Shown here piece by piece: positions 1 through 14,521 of a stretch of 64,000 nucleotides of DNA. The stretch is taken from the NCBI RefSeq assembly GCF_009914755.1, contig NC_060935.1. The stretch is one strand, 5' to 3'. The translations under genes and the position numbers were made by a program. The stretch is from the human T2T-CHM13v2.0 reference genome, Homo sapiens. A model generated the notes under the pieces. It ran no database searches and was not told where the DNA came from. It worked only from the letters and a program-made list of their open reading frames with translations. Each line of letters begins with the position of its first letter. Position 1 is the first letter of the stretch.

Positions 1-472
1 AAGTGTCTTAAGTAATCATTTAGTCTAAACCTCTCATTTACAGATAAGAAAACAAGCTCAGAGAGATGTGGTGACTTGCTCAAATAGTGACAGAACTTCC
101 TCGGCCATATGGAGGGGTCATATAATACCCTTGTGTCTTCAGTTTGAGGTACCTCCCATAATTTTAAGGGGTATGTGGCTTTAATTACATTACTACTGTT
201 TGAATGAAGAATATTAATTTATATGCTGCACTAGTTCATTTAGAATCGTGGACACAATCGAGTTGAACTCTTACATTTTTTGGTTGAGAAAGTTAAGACC
301 TAGAAGATGAGAATTTATTCATCTAAGATTACAGGCCATAAACATTTATTCTGTGCCTAGATTTTTAAAAATTGAATTATTGTTTTTTATTTATTTAGAG
401 AGATAGGGTCTTGGTATGTGTGTGCTTAGTTTTAACGTGAGTCAGAGCAGTGCTGTCTAGTAGAACTTTGTA

Positions 473-550
473 TTAGGTTGGTACAAAAGTAATTCCAGTT
501 TTTGCAATAAAAAGTAATGGCAAAAACCTGATTACTTTTCACCAACCTAA
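473..550 (-). mobile_element. MADE1 (Hsmar1-derived mariner MITE)
   Basis: ttaggttggtacaaaagtaatt...attacttttcaccaacctaa palindrome flanked by TA on both sides. Confidence 0.9.
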
Positions 551-985
551 TATAAGTAGTTAAAATTAATTTAAAATTCAGCTCCCAGGGGAGTGGGGTG
601 GAACAACAACAAAAAACCAGCTCCTTTGCCTTCCTAGCCATGTTTCAGATGCTCAGTAACTGTGTGTGGCTGTGGAACTGGACAGCTCAGCCGTAGAGTG
701 TTTCCCTTTCTTGTTAATCTTTTTTTAGAAATGCTAACGGTGGAGACTAAGGCATACAAGTATGACTAGAATTGCCAGCTACACATTAGAAGGTTTAGGT
801 TCAAAACTGGGAGTAAAGACTTAACTCTTGGAGCTTGGGATAGTGCTACAACTAGTCCTGGCCTGAGCCTTTTCTTCATTCATGTTTTATCCTTTTTTTC
901 TTTATTTTTGGACACTGATAAGAACCTGTATGAGATTGTTTCCTTTTTTCCCCCCGCGTTGTAGGTATCTTGTTTTGCCAGTTTA

Positions 986-1065
986 TTAGGTTGGTGCAAA
1001 AGTAATTGTGGTTTTTGCCATTACTTTTAATTGCAAAAACCACAATTACTTTTGCACCAACCTAA
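986..1065 (+). mobile_element. MADE1 mariner MITE, near-consensus 80 bp
   Basis: 33-bp perfect terminal inverted repeats; TA target duplication at 984-985 and 1066-1067. Confidence 0.95.
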
Positions 1066-1084
1066 TAAAAATCCCACCCTTAGG

Positions 1085-1303
1085 CTTGAGTTCTCCTGTG
1101 CTCAAGCAATTTTCTTACCTTGGCTTCCTGAATAGCTGGGACTATAGGCATGCACCACCACGCCTGGCTAATTTTTATATTTTTAGTAGAGACGGGGTCT
1201 TGCTATTTTGCACAGGCTGATCTCTAAGTCCTGGCCTCAAGTGATCTTCCTGTTTCAGTCCCCAAGGTGTTGGGATTATGGGCATGAACTGCTGCACCCA
1301 GCC
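1085..1303 (-). mobile_element. Old Alu (AluJ-like), partial
   Basis: Diverged antisense Alu text (tagctgggactataggc...ggctaatttt...tgggatta). Confidence 0.85.
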
Positions 1304-1339
1304 CTTTATACTCAAAAAAAAAAAAAAAAAAAATTCCTA

Positions 1340-1630
1340 ACTGTAAATTGATAAATTATAGCTGTTATTTATAGGGTACAAAGTGATGTTATGATTCATG
1401 TATACAATGCAGAATAATTAAATCAAGTTAATTAACATTCATCACCACAAACACTTTTTTGTGGGAAGAAAATTGGAAATTCTCTTTGTGATTTTGAAAT
1501 GCACAGTGGGATGAGTATTTACTACATTCACCATGCTATGCACTATATCTCAAAGAAAAAAAACCCTTTTTCCTCCTAATTAAGGCTTTGTCTCCCCTGA
1601 CCATCATCTTCCCCATTCCTCTCACCTTTC
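1340..1630 (-). mobile_element. L1 3' end fragment (L1MA/MB-like)
   Basis: ggggtacaaagtgatgtt...aaatcaag...caccatgct pattern typical of antisense L1M 3'UTR. Confidence 0.65.
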
Positions 1631-2808
1631 AGCAATCTTTGTACACTTATCTCAGATAATAACCATTTGATTGCCAAGATTCCATATAAGAAGTTTTGGT
1701 CTTTTTTACCTTTGTACTATGGATTATGGAAGTTTCAGCTTTTACATCAAATTAAGCTTGATTGTATACCTTGGCTGAGCCCACTAAATGTAGCTCGGTG
1801 ATTGGGATCATGTAGTCATTTGTACCTTTGCTGTGCGTCCCTGCCCACTGTTGTTACAACAGGCAGAGGTAGTTCTTTGGGCCTTATTCTAGATGTTGAT
1901 GTACTAATTTATGACTTGGCTCTGTTTTAATAGCAGCTTAGATTGTGTTGGCTTCATATATGCCTGCAGTGATTTGAGTGTCCATTAGGGTGCATAGCCA
2001 AACAATGATGTAGTCCAATTAGGTGCCAAAGTCTTTACTTCAAGTACTTTACATACATGATTTTGCTTTTAGGAGGTGATAGTATGGATTTACTTTGGGT
2101 GTTTTGTACTTTTCACAGTAGTCTTTTTGCATTTTTTTTTTTTTTTTTTTGGTATAGTGATTATTGATTAACGGCTTAGAAGTCTTGGTGTTCCTACCTC
2201 GGGCTGTACTAAAATGGTTGGTGTTTCTGAAATTGGCTGATTGAGTTGCCTGTCTATAGTTATTTTTGTTGGAAGATGCCTCTGAAGACATGGGAATTAG
2301 GTTATTTATCAACAGTCATGGAAGTTGGTTGTTGCCTGATTATGGGCATTTATGCAGTTATTTTTGATGATTTTTGTATTCAAAATTTTGTGGATGATTT
2401 TTAAATTTACGGTGTGCTAGGCATTGAAGGTAAAAATGGTGAACAAGTCCTTGTAGAGATGAATTATCTTCCCATCTCATTACCTTCATCTCTTCAAACT
2501 TGGGTGCTTTAGAAAACGTGTGAGGGTACTTGCAGCAATGGGATTTTTGAGATTTGCATTAGGAGGGCATTCTGAGGTGGCCTGTCCTGGGACTTCCTGA
2601 TGCCAGTTAAAAACTAGTGTTTCTTGCTTTTGTGTATCCAAGCTTTGTGATATACCACCTGTCTGTCTAATGGAGAGTGCATCTTTAGTTGTGTATGATA
2701 TGTGCTCTCAGGAGAAAATGCTTTCTTGCATGTTATGCAATAGCTATGATTTCCTCTTATGAGTTTACATCAGGAATATCATGGTATTTATATTAGAAAT
2801 TTATATGA

Positions 2809-2938
2809 GGCTGGGTGAGGTGGCTAACACCTGTAATCCTAGCACTTTGGGAGGCTGAGGTGGGAGGATTGCTTGAGCCTAAGTGTTTGAGACCAGCCTG
2901 GGCAACATAGCAACACCTCATGTGTAAAAAAAAAAAAA
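2809..2938 (+). mobile_element. Alu monomer (FLAM-like)
   Basis: Single left arm plus poly(A); target duplication aaatttatatga on both sides. Confidence 0.85.
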
Positions 2939-3006
2939 TTTATATGAGAGGATAGGGAGCAGATTACTACTGCTTTTTTTCCCCGGCCTAAGTGAGTTTT
3001 TTGGCC

Positions 3007-3317
<311 letters not shown>

Positions 3318-3656
3318 CTTTTTGTTTTTAAATAAATTTAGTGTCCATATAAGAGTGATTTGGGGTAAATCCTTTATTTTCCTAGACTATAAAACAGGGA
3401 TGATAATAATAGGATGGAAAAGTACTTGCACAGTGCCAGCGCAAAAGGTTTGTAAGGATAGTTTTCATTCCTGCTGCTCTCAAATTTTGTGATTAAGCAA
3501 GTTCACTTAGATGCTGTTTAGTTGAGAATTTGTGGTTTTGGTGTTTTAGTCCAAAGCAGTCCTCATTCTTAAATGTTATTTTTATATTATGTTACACTTG
3601 CATTCTCTTTATTGGTGTTATCAGAGTCAGCAGTACTGAAAAGAAGAGAAATCTTT

Positions 3657-3732
3657 TGACAGGGTTAGGTTGTGTGACAGGGTTAGGTTGTGTGACAGGG
3701 TTAGGTTGTGTGACAGGGTTAGGTTGTATGAC
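3657..3732. repeat. 18-bp tandem repeat (tgacagggttaggttgtg) x ~4.2
   Basis: Directly visible; three perfect copies, a fourth with one mismatch, then tgac. Confidence 0.97.
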
Positions 3733-4484
3733 TGTTGAGAAAAATGCAGTGTATTGAAGGAATGATTGGCTGCAAATAAAAGTATACTATTTTCTTTTCC
3801 TGTCTTGATTTCTTTTTTGGAGAGAGGGCTTTGGATTCATTTCCTCTAAGAGAATAGTCTAATGCTGTCAACTACTGAACCACATCTGATATTATTGATG
3901 ATTAAAACCATAGTCTTCCTCGTTAGCTTCCATGATGCTGTGCAGCAGCTCCCAGTGTTTCAGAGTAGTCTTACTCTAACCGTGTCCTTTTCTCACCCTG
4001 TCCTTTGATTATGATGTAAATAGAAATTAAATACTTGGAGAATTCCCCCGTTTTCACCTTTAGTGTTCTTTAGGGAGAACCTTTCATCATCCTTATGGAT
4101 TCCACCCTCATCTGTTTGTGTTTAACTTTCAAAGCATCTCTTTGTGGCTTAGCTTTTTTTAGTGGTGTTGTGCTGTAGTATGTCTGGATACTGTCAGTTA
4201 AATTCTTTCCCTGTGAGGATAGGAAACCTTGGATCTTGATTTCTTCAACCGTGCTTGTCTGACTTCTCCTTCACCATCAGTACGTTCTCAGTCCCTCTGG
4301 GCTTAAAGCAGATTTTATTTTTTTATTTTACTTCTCTATTTTTTTTTTTTTTTTTTTACCAAGTCCTGCTTAATTTTTTCTGTAGCCACTGGTACCATGT
4401 TTAAAGCTTTGATTATTTTTATATTAGATTCATAAATTGTTGAAGCAACAAGAAAATTTAGAGTTAATTTACCCCACCTCTCTT

Positions 4485-5078
<594 letters not shown>

Positions 5079-5214
5079 TATTTTATTTTATAGATGAAGA
5101 AATCGATACTCAGGTTAAGTGATTTGTCTTAGCTTCTCATTACCTGTGTGACCTGATATTACAGCTCTCTGGTCTCTCAACATTTAATACCTCTTCCCAG
5201 TCCAACATTCTTCT

Positions 5215-5497
5215 TTGTTTTTTTTGAAACAGGGTTTTGTTAGGTAGCCCAGGCTGGAGTGCTGTGGCGCGACACAGTTTACCGTAGCCTCAACCTCCTG
5301 GGCAAGTGATCTTCCTGTCTCAGCCTCTCGAGTAGCTGGGACCACAGGCGTGTGCTACCATGCTTGGCTGATTTTTAAAATTTTTGTAGAGAATGGGGTC
5401 TTGCCATGTTACCCAGGCTGGTCTCGAACTCCTGGGCTCAGGTGATCCTCCTGCCTTGGTCTCTCAAAATGTTGTGATTATAGGCATGAGCCCCAGC
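5215..5497 (-). mobile_element. AluJ
   Basis: Diverged antisense Alu. Confidence 0.88.
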
Positions 5498-5790
5498 ATT
5501 TTTTCTTAAAAACTTCTAGGTTTTTCTTTAAACTAAAGCTTTATATGTCCATATTTTGGAGTCAACTATTCTAGATTGGGTAAGACAAACAGGAGTCCTT
5601 AAGTATCCCACTCTCTTTTTTTCCCTTTCCTGGAGATAGTGTAATACTTTGGACTGTTTTAACCAGTTAAAAATACTTATTTACCTCCATATGTCTGAAG
5701 ACTGTATTTGAAGGGTTCATACTTGTGTGTATACTTTCTGATTTTTTTAGTTCTAACCAGTGTCTATTGATTTTCTGACATGGAAGATAA

Positions 5791-6234
<444 letters not shown>

Positions 6235-6330
6235 CATGTATACTATTTATAGCTGTTAAATGGTATAAATTACAAATACTTTCCTTTCCTAAACAACTTT
6301 TGGTTTCCTCTGGAAATGTGTTACTGTGTT

Positions 6331-6696
<366 letters not shown>

Positions 6697-7029
6697 TAAT
6701 TTAGCCTCAGACTTTTAGCCAGTTACATATTCAGATCTTCCCTCATCTTTATCCTTTTGAAGGAATCTTTCTAGTTTGGACTGCTGGCTCTCCCATTCTG
6801 TGACCTTGGGGGTTCTTTTTACCTCTTTCTCCCCATTGGATCTCCTATTCCTGTGTTCTGTGTTACCTTGTTGCTCTCCTTAGTTTTAGTGGAGCATAGT
6901 TGCCAGTAGTTTTCAGTGAGAAAGGTGTATAGGAGCTAGACCTGTTGAGACTGTGTGTCTTTCTGTGTACTCGTGGTTGATAAAGTTTGACTGTGTATAT
7001 GCTTTTGGATTGGAAATAGTTTTCCTTCT

Positions 7030-7203
7030 ATATTAGTCTGCTCAGGGTTGCCATAACAAAATATCATAGGCTGGGTGGCTTAAACAACAGAAATTTATTT
7101 TCTCACATTCTGTAAGCTAGAAGTTCAAGATCAAGCTTCTTGACAATTTGGTTTCTAGAGAGTGGCCTCTTTCTGGTTTAGAGACACCATCTCTTCTCAC
7201 ATG
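7030..7203 (-). mobile_element. MaLR LTR (MLT1-type), first half
   Basis: tattagtctgctcagggttgccataacaaaat...ggtggcttaaacaacagaaatttattttctcaca; continues at 10521. Confidence 0.85.
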
Positions 7204-8939
7204 TGGTGCCAATCATCATACCAGATGACACAGTCTGGAGCACCATAATCCCAAATGTTGGAATACCTAAAGATCAGAATCCCTGAAGATCAAAATCCTT
7301 AAAGATCATAATCTCTAAAATCCTGAAAATCACAAAAGATTAAAATCCTGAGTGTTGAAGCCCTGAAAGCCAATTACCGGGGAAGGGACAGTATGTTTTT
7401 GGTTGTGCGTAGGATAGTTGCATCACGTTAGACGGAACTATTACCTTGTTATTGTCTTTATTCGTAAATTAAGTATGGTTTAAGGAGATGCGTGTGGGTG
7501 CCAGGTTGACAATAGGTGGACTTGTGGACTCAGTTTTAGATGACACCTTAACTAAGGAGTACCTAGAAACCTGGTGAAACATTAGGTTTTGGGTGTGTCT
7601 GTGAGAGTGTTTTCAGAGGAGATGGAAAAATTCTCAAACAGCATCTAAACGCACTTGCTTAATCACAAAACGTCAGGTATGAATGTCTGCCCTTACAAAC
7701 CTTTTGTGCTGGCATTGTACAAGTGCTTGTCCATTCCTGTTATTAGTTATTATCCCTATTTTGTAATTGATAATACCTCACTCACTAATGCGTGAGTCTG
7801 AGTGGGCTGCGGGGAAGATCTGCCCTCAGTGTTGGCAGGTACCATCCAATCAACCAGGGTCCAGACTCTTCTGCTGCCTTGGATGTGAGAAATCCAGGGT
7901 TGCCAGCCTTTGGACTCCACGATATACACCAGCAGCCCCCTTGGGTCCTGAGGCTTTTGTGGACTGAGTTAGAGACCACTGGCGTCCCTGGTTCTCAGGC
8001 CCTTTGGACTTGGATTGAACCTCGTTACCGGCATCCCGGGGGTCTTCAGCTTGCCTGTCATGGGACTTCCCAGCACCATAATCGTGTGAGCTCATTCCCC
8101 GCATAAATCCCCTCTCATGTATCTGTATACATATCTTACCAGTTCTGTCTTGCTGGAGAAGCTTAATACAAATCTGGTATTGGGGAAGTCAAATATTCCT
8201 TCTTACTGTGTTTCTTAAAACACAATGGAACAGATCTGTGAAATTGTTCCCTTGCAAAAAGGCTGTGATAAGTGTATGAGGCTACGTAATGGTGAAAGAT
8301 AAAAATGTTAAAGTTAATTATTATTGGGGCTATGAAAGCAGAAAATTGCTTAATTGCAACAGCTGGACATAACAGACTTTGAAACAGACAGCATGTACTT
8401 AAAGAGTTTGAAGACCACAACCACTCTTCAAATACAAGTGCAACAGGTGTTTCGAAGATCATAGACGTAGTGAAGACAGACAAAAACTACAAGAAATCTC
8501 TTCTGCCAAATTATTCAGTCCTATAAGACTTCTGCCCATTCACACATAGCGCCAGTTTGCTATGCTATATATTTAGTCTTCACATCATATTCAATACTGG
8601 TGGTATAAGTTGTATATATTGTTTTTGTTTTATGCGTTTTTTGCACATTTGACTCCACAAAAGTACATTTTTAGTGTTGACTTTGTGTGTAAGCGTTGTA
8701 CATATGTGTAAAACAGTTGAAACTTCCTCAGTAAATGAAGAGATGTCCTTTTTTGTATATCTGCATTTGTGAAAGATAAAATTAAAGATCTTAGCTCTCT
8801 GAGCAACTGCATATGTGATGTTGATCCATCGTGGTTTTTGGTAGATCTCATCAAAAGACATAGGTTGTAGATGACTGCAGTTGTAAAGCTGATTGCATAC
8901 AATTACCACCCGTAGTTATACGCATTTTAATGTATGTAC

Positions 8940-9235
8940 GAATGAATGAATGAAACAAGGTCTTGCTTTGTCACCCAGGCTGGAGTGCAGTGGCGTGATC
9001 ATATCTCTCTGTAACCTCAAACTCCTGGGCCTTAAGTGACCCTCCTGCCTTAGCCTGTTGAGTAGCTAGGACTGCAGGTGCTTGCTCCAAAGTCCAGCTA
9101 ATGAAAAAAACTTTTTTTTTTGTAGGGGTGGGATCTCACTGTGTTGCCCAGCTGGTCTTGAACTGGCCTTAAGCATTCCACCCGTCAGAGCCTCCCAAAG
9201 CTCTGGGATCTCAAGCCTGAGCCACCATGCTGGCT
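8940..9235 (-). mobile_element. AluJ nested in Ricksha
   Basis: Antisense Alu with a (gaat)n tail. Confidence 0.85.
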
Positions 9236-9410
9236 GTTATATGCATTTATGCATTTTGCTTTTTTTTTTAACCTATTTCTTTATGAATGTAGTTTGTCTG
9301 CTCATGACTGTTAGTCTACCCATGTGACTGTCATTATTAGACTTGAATTATACCTTGTATCCTTGCAAAAATATGCATGTGATTATTGCCTATTTTATTG
9401 TGTAAAGTGA

Positions 9411-9767
<357 letters not shown>

Positions 9768-10520
9768 TGAAAATAGAAATACATGTCTTCTGAAAGTTTT
9801 TTTAAATTATTTTTTTCCAGAATTATATTTTTGGGATTTTGATCTTTTGGGATTGTAATTTTCAGGATTTTAGACTTTAGGGCTTTTGATCTTTCAGGCT
9901 CAGAAGGAAAGAAAACATCTCCCAGGACCAGATGTGGAGTAGATGGGAGTTGGAGAGAAGCTGAAGCCCAGGCCCAGCAACAGGCTGGGGGCCCAGGTGC
10001 TTCGGGGGTCCCAGCCATTAACAGAGCTTCGTGCAGGTGGGCAGCTGGAGCCAGGGGGGCTCACTCTCTTGTGAAACAGGCAGAAAAACAGGCCAAACTC
10101 TGCTGGGGGCTGCAGCCTTTAGGGAGCAGCTGGTCTCCTGAGGCAAAAGGACACATACTTTGTTGAGGCCAGGAACTGGACCAGCCTGTCGGGGGCTTGG
10201 TAACTCCATCCAGAACATCCTCAGGGTCTCCACAAGGCAGACACAGCACAGTACCACAGGAGATGGCTGGGACAAAGAACCAGGAGCTGGAGGGGTGAGG
10301 CGGTAGGGGGGCAGCAATCCTGAAACAATGAGAACATAGAGAAGAGAAAGAAAAGTCATACCAGCTCGGAAGAGCTTGCAAACCGATGTTCCAAAACACG
10401 CCCAGAATTCTAATGTTCACAAAGTTATCCAGTCAATAATTAGAATCCACTGCACATGAGCATTCAGCATTCGGGATTGTGGCATTCAGGATTGTGTCTT
10501 TCGAGATTATGACCCAGACT

Positions 10521-10710
10521 TTCTCAACATGGCCTTTCCTTGGGTTCATGTGCACGTGGTGTCTCATAAGGACACTAATCCTGTCAATTCAGGGTCCCAC
10601 CCTTGTGACTCCATTTAACTGTAATTACTTCCTTTCTCCAAATATAACCATGCTGGGAGTTAGGACTTCAACATATGAGTGGAAGAGAGGGAGGACAGAC
10701 ATTCAGCCAG
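10521..10710 (-). mobile_element. MaLR LTR (MLT1-type), second half
   Basis: catggcctttcct...taaggacactaatcc...gttaggacttcaacatatga...cattcagcc. Confidence 0.85.
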
Positions 10711-10754
10711 AACGGATCTCTTCAGAATTCTTTAGACATTGCCCCATTATCATT

Positions 10755-11795
10755 TTTTTATTGTAATAAAATACATATTAAAAAATTTACCATCTTAGCC
10801 TTTTTAAGTGTACAGTTAATAGTATACCTTCATAACATTGTGCAATCAGCACCATCCTCCATCTCCTGTTCTGCTTTCTGGCTCTGATTTTGACTATTCT
10901 GAGTACCTCCAATAAGTTGGAATTACATAGTCTTCTGCCTTTATTCAAAATACATTTTTGTCATTTTTGTGACTGGCTTATTTGACTTGGCACGTCTTTA
11001 TGGTTCATCTACATTGTAGCGTATATCAGAATTTCCTGTTCAAGACTGAATAATATTCCATTGTATGTATATACAGGTTAAAGCATCCCTAATTGGAAAT
11101 TTCGAAATGCTTCAAAATCTGAAACTTTTTGAGTGCCAACACGATGCCACAAGTGGAAGTTTCCACACCTGACCTCATACAACACATGTGACCTCATGTG
11201 ACTGGTTGCAGTCACAATATGGACACACAATACACAGTTAATTTAAAATATTGTGTAAAATTACCTTTAGGATATATGTATAAAGTATACTTTAAACACA
11301 ACTGAATTATATGTTTAGATTTGGGCCCTATCCCAAGATATCTCATTATGTATATGCAGATATTTAAAAATGCAAAAAAATTGAAATCTGAAATACTTCT
11401 GGTCTCAAGCATTTTGGACAGGGGATACTCCGTCTCTACCATACTTCACTTGCCCATTCATCTGTTGATGGACACTTGGGTTGCTTCCATGTTTTAGCTG
11501 TTGTGAGTAATGCTGCCATGAACACAGGTACACAAATATCTTTTCAAGACCCTGCCTTCAGTTCTTTTGAGTGTAGAACCATAAGTGGACTTGCTGGGTC
11601 ATATAGTAATTCTATTTTTAATTTTTTGAGGAATGAATGTTAACGGTTTTTCCACAGCTGCTGTACCATTTTGCATTCCCACCAATAGTGCGCAAGAGTT
11701 CCAGTTTCTCCACATCCTTATTGACACTTATTTCCTGTTTTTTTTTCTTCTTTTCCTATAGTAGCCATCCTAATGGATGTGATGTGTTACTTCAC
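10755..11795 (-). mobile_element. L1MB-like 3' region interrupted by a Tigger4-type element
   Basis: aaaatttaccatctta...ctgaataatattccattgtatgtatata | ccattcatctgttgatggacacttgggttgcttcc...tagccatcctaatggatgtg. Confidence 0.85.
11074..11437. mobile_element. Tigger4/MER46-type DNA transposon
   Basis: caggttaaagcatccctaat...aaaatctgaaactttttgagtgcc...ggtctcaagcattttggacaggggatactc, inserted at TA. Confidence 0.75.
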
Positions 11796-12289
11796 TTTTT
11801 TGTTTTCTGTTCTTGAGAAATCTGAAACTATTCAGATTTTTGGTTATGGAAGACCTAGGCTCTTCTTTGTGCCAGGGTCATGCCGTTTAACAGTGATGTT
11901 CCTTGGTATGGGTCTGTTTTAAGTAACGGTTTTGAGAATTATTTATCTGATTTCCTCTCTTCTGTTTTTTTGTTCTTTCTTTTTTTTTTTTTAGAACCCC
12001 TGTTGGTTGGATGTTGGAAAACGTTGCTAAAATGTTCCATTTTAGGCTTTCAATTTTCTTTCCTGTTTTCTGATGGTCTTTTCCTCTAACTTGCATTTTT
12101 CTGTTTGTTTTGCTGCTTTTTATGGTAGAGGCTTTCTGGAGGTGTCTGGTAATCCTTGGTTTTCATTCATATTTAAAAGTCAGGGATACACAACAGAGTT
12201 GGAGCATATGAAATTGACATTCCTTCCCAGCTTTGTTTGCTATAAAAGGACAGAGGAAGTGACAGCCTCAGTATCTATGAACGTACTTT

Positions 12290-13380
<1,091 letters not shown>

Positions 13381-14370
13381 TTTCTGTTTTGTCTAAGGAC
13401 TCCAGCAGCACAGCCACATGGTCTGTTCTCATTTTAAGCAAAAATTTGGATGATTATACTTTTTGCAGTGTATAGTCAAAAACCACCTAACTGGTAAAAT
13501 ATTTTATTTTTAAAATTAAATATACTCGTTTTAATTTGCACCGAGGCCTGTTACTGTTATTTTTGTTGATTGATTTTAACAAATGTTTAACATTATTTAT
13601 TATCTTACTTGAGGGAAAATGTTGCTATCACAATGTAGTATGAGTTTTATGGGGGAAAGGCATTAGATGAACAGCATTGTTTTGGAAATGCCTTGTAGAT
13701 TGCATTCTTAGAGGATTTCTTTTTTTTTGGCCCTGTCAGGCTTCACTACTTAGAGGAATTCTAATTAGTTCAATGTCCACAGTTTAAGTCATTTTCCACA
13801 GTATTAAGCTATATATGAAGTGCATACCTTGAAAGATAATTTCTATTCTTTTCATGTGCAGTGTTTGGTTAATTGACACTAGAGACTGAATTTGAGTACA
13901 GCTAGAACTTCAGTGATCTTAATGTTCTACTCACGCTTCCTGATAAAACGTATTAAGTGGACTGCCAGGGGGCATTTAAAGGAAGGAAATTGTAAAATTT
14001 TAGTATTTTTTAGTAAAAGTGTGGTGCCTTTATAGTGGACCCTATGTTGGATAAGAATAGAATTGATGTTTTCAGAAGACAAAGGTAAGAATATGTATTT
14101 TTCTTCTTCACTCATTGATAGTGCTATTATGACATCTGTATTTACTTCTGAGATACTGTTTAGGGTAGGATAAAAGCTAAGGTAGAGAGATGACAGTGCT
14201 TTTTTTCTTATGTTCATATAGAAAAATTTTAGTGATTAACTAGAACTTTTTAATTCCCTGTGGTATAGTTCTGTGTGGCCCAAGACCCTGACCCAGTATG
14301 CTTTAATGGCAGCTATCATCACACCAAAAGAGAACATATGTGATTATCTGCTTTTTTTTTTCTTTTACAG

Positions 14371-14521
14371 GAGAGCTTGTTTCATATCCATATCCCACTG
14401 TATTCCTGCTAATCTGCTAATGCAGTAAATTGGAGGAAAACTGTTACCAGGATAACCTGTAATGGGCAAGGAGCCACAAAGAAGAAAACATTTCTTTTAA
14501 TTTTTAAACTTGGTTTGAAAG
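14371..14521 (+). other. PPP6R3: Non-coding 5'UTR exon (151 nt)
   Basis: Strong acceptor cttttttttttcttttacag|GAGAGC and donor GAAAG|gtaaga in non-repetitive sequence upstream of the ATG exon. Confidence 0.85.
14462..14500 (+). promoter_or_regulatory. Upstream ORF (MGKEPQRRKHFF*) in the 5'UTR exon
   Basis: gtaATGG (G at -3, G at +4) followed by 11 more sense codons and TAA, all within the exon. Translation is not demonstrated. Confidence 0.6.

Noticed and set aside
1314-1333. Genomic A20 tract as a possible transcript end or retrocopy tail
   Set aside because: No upstream retrogene body; more likely an oligo-dT internal-priming site.
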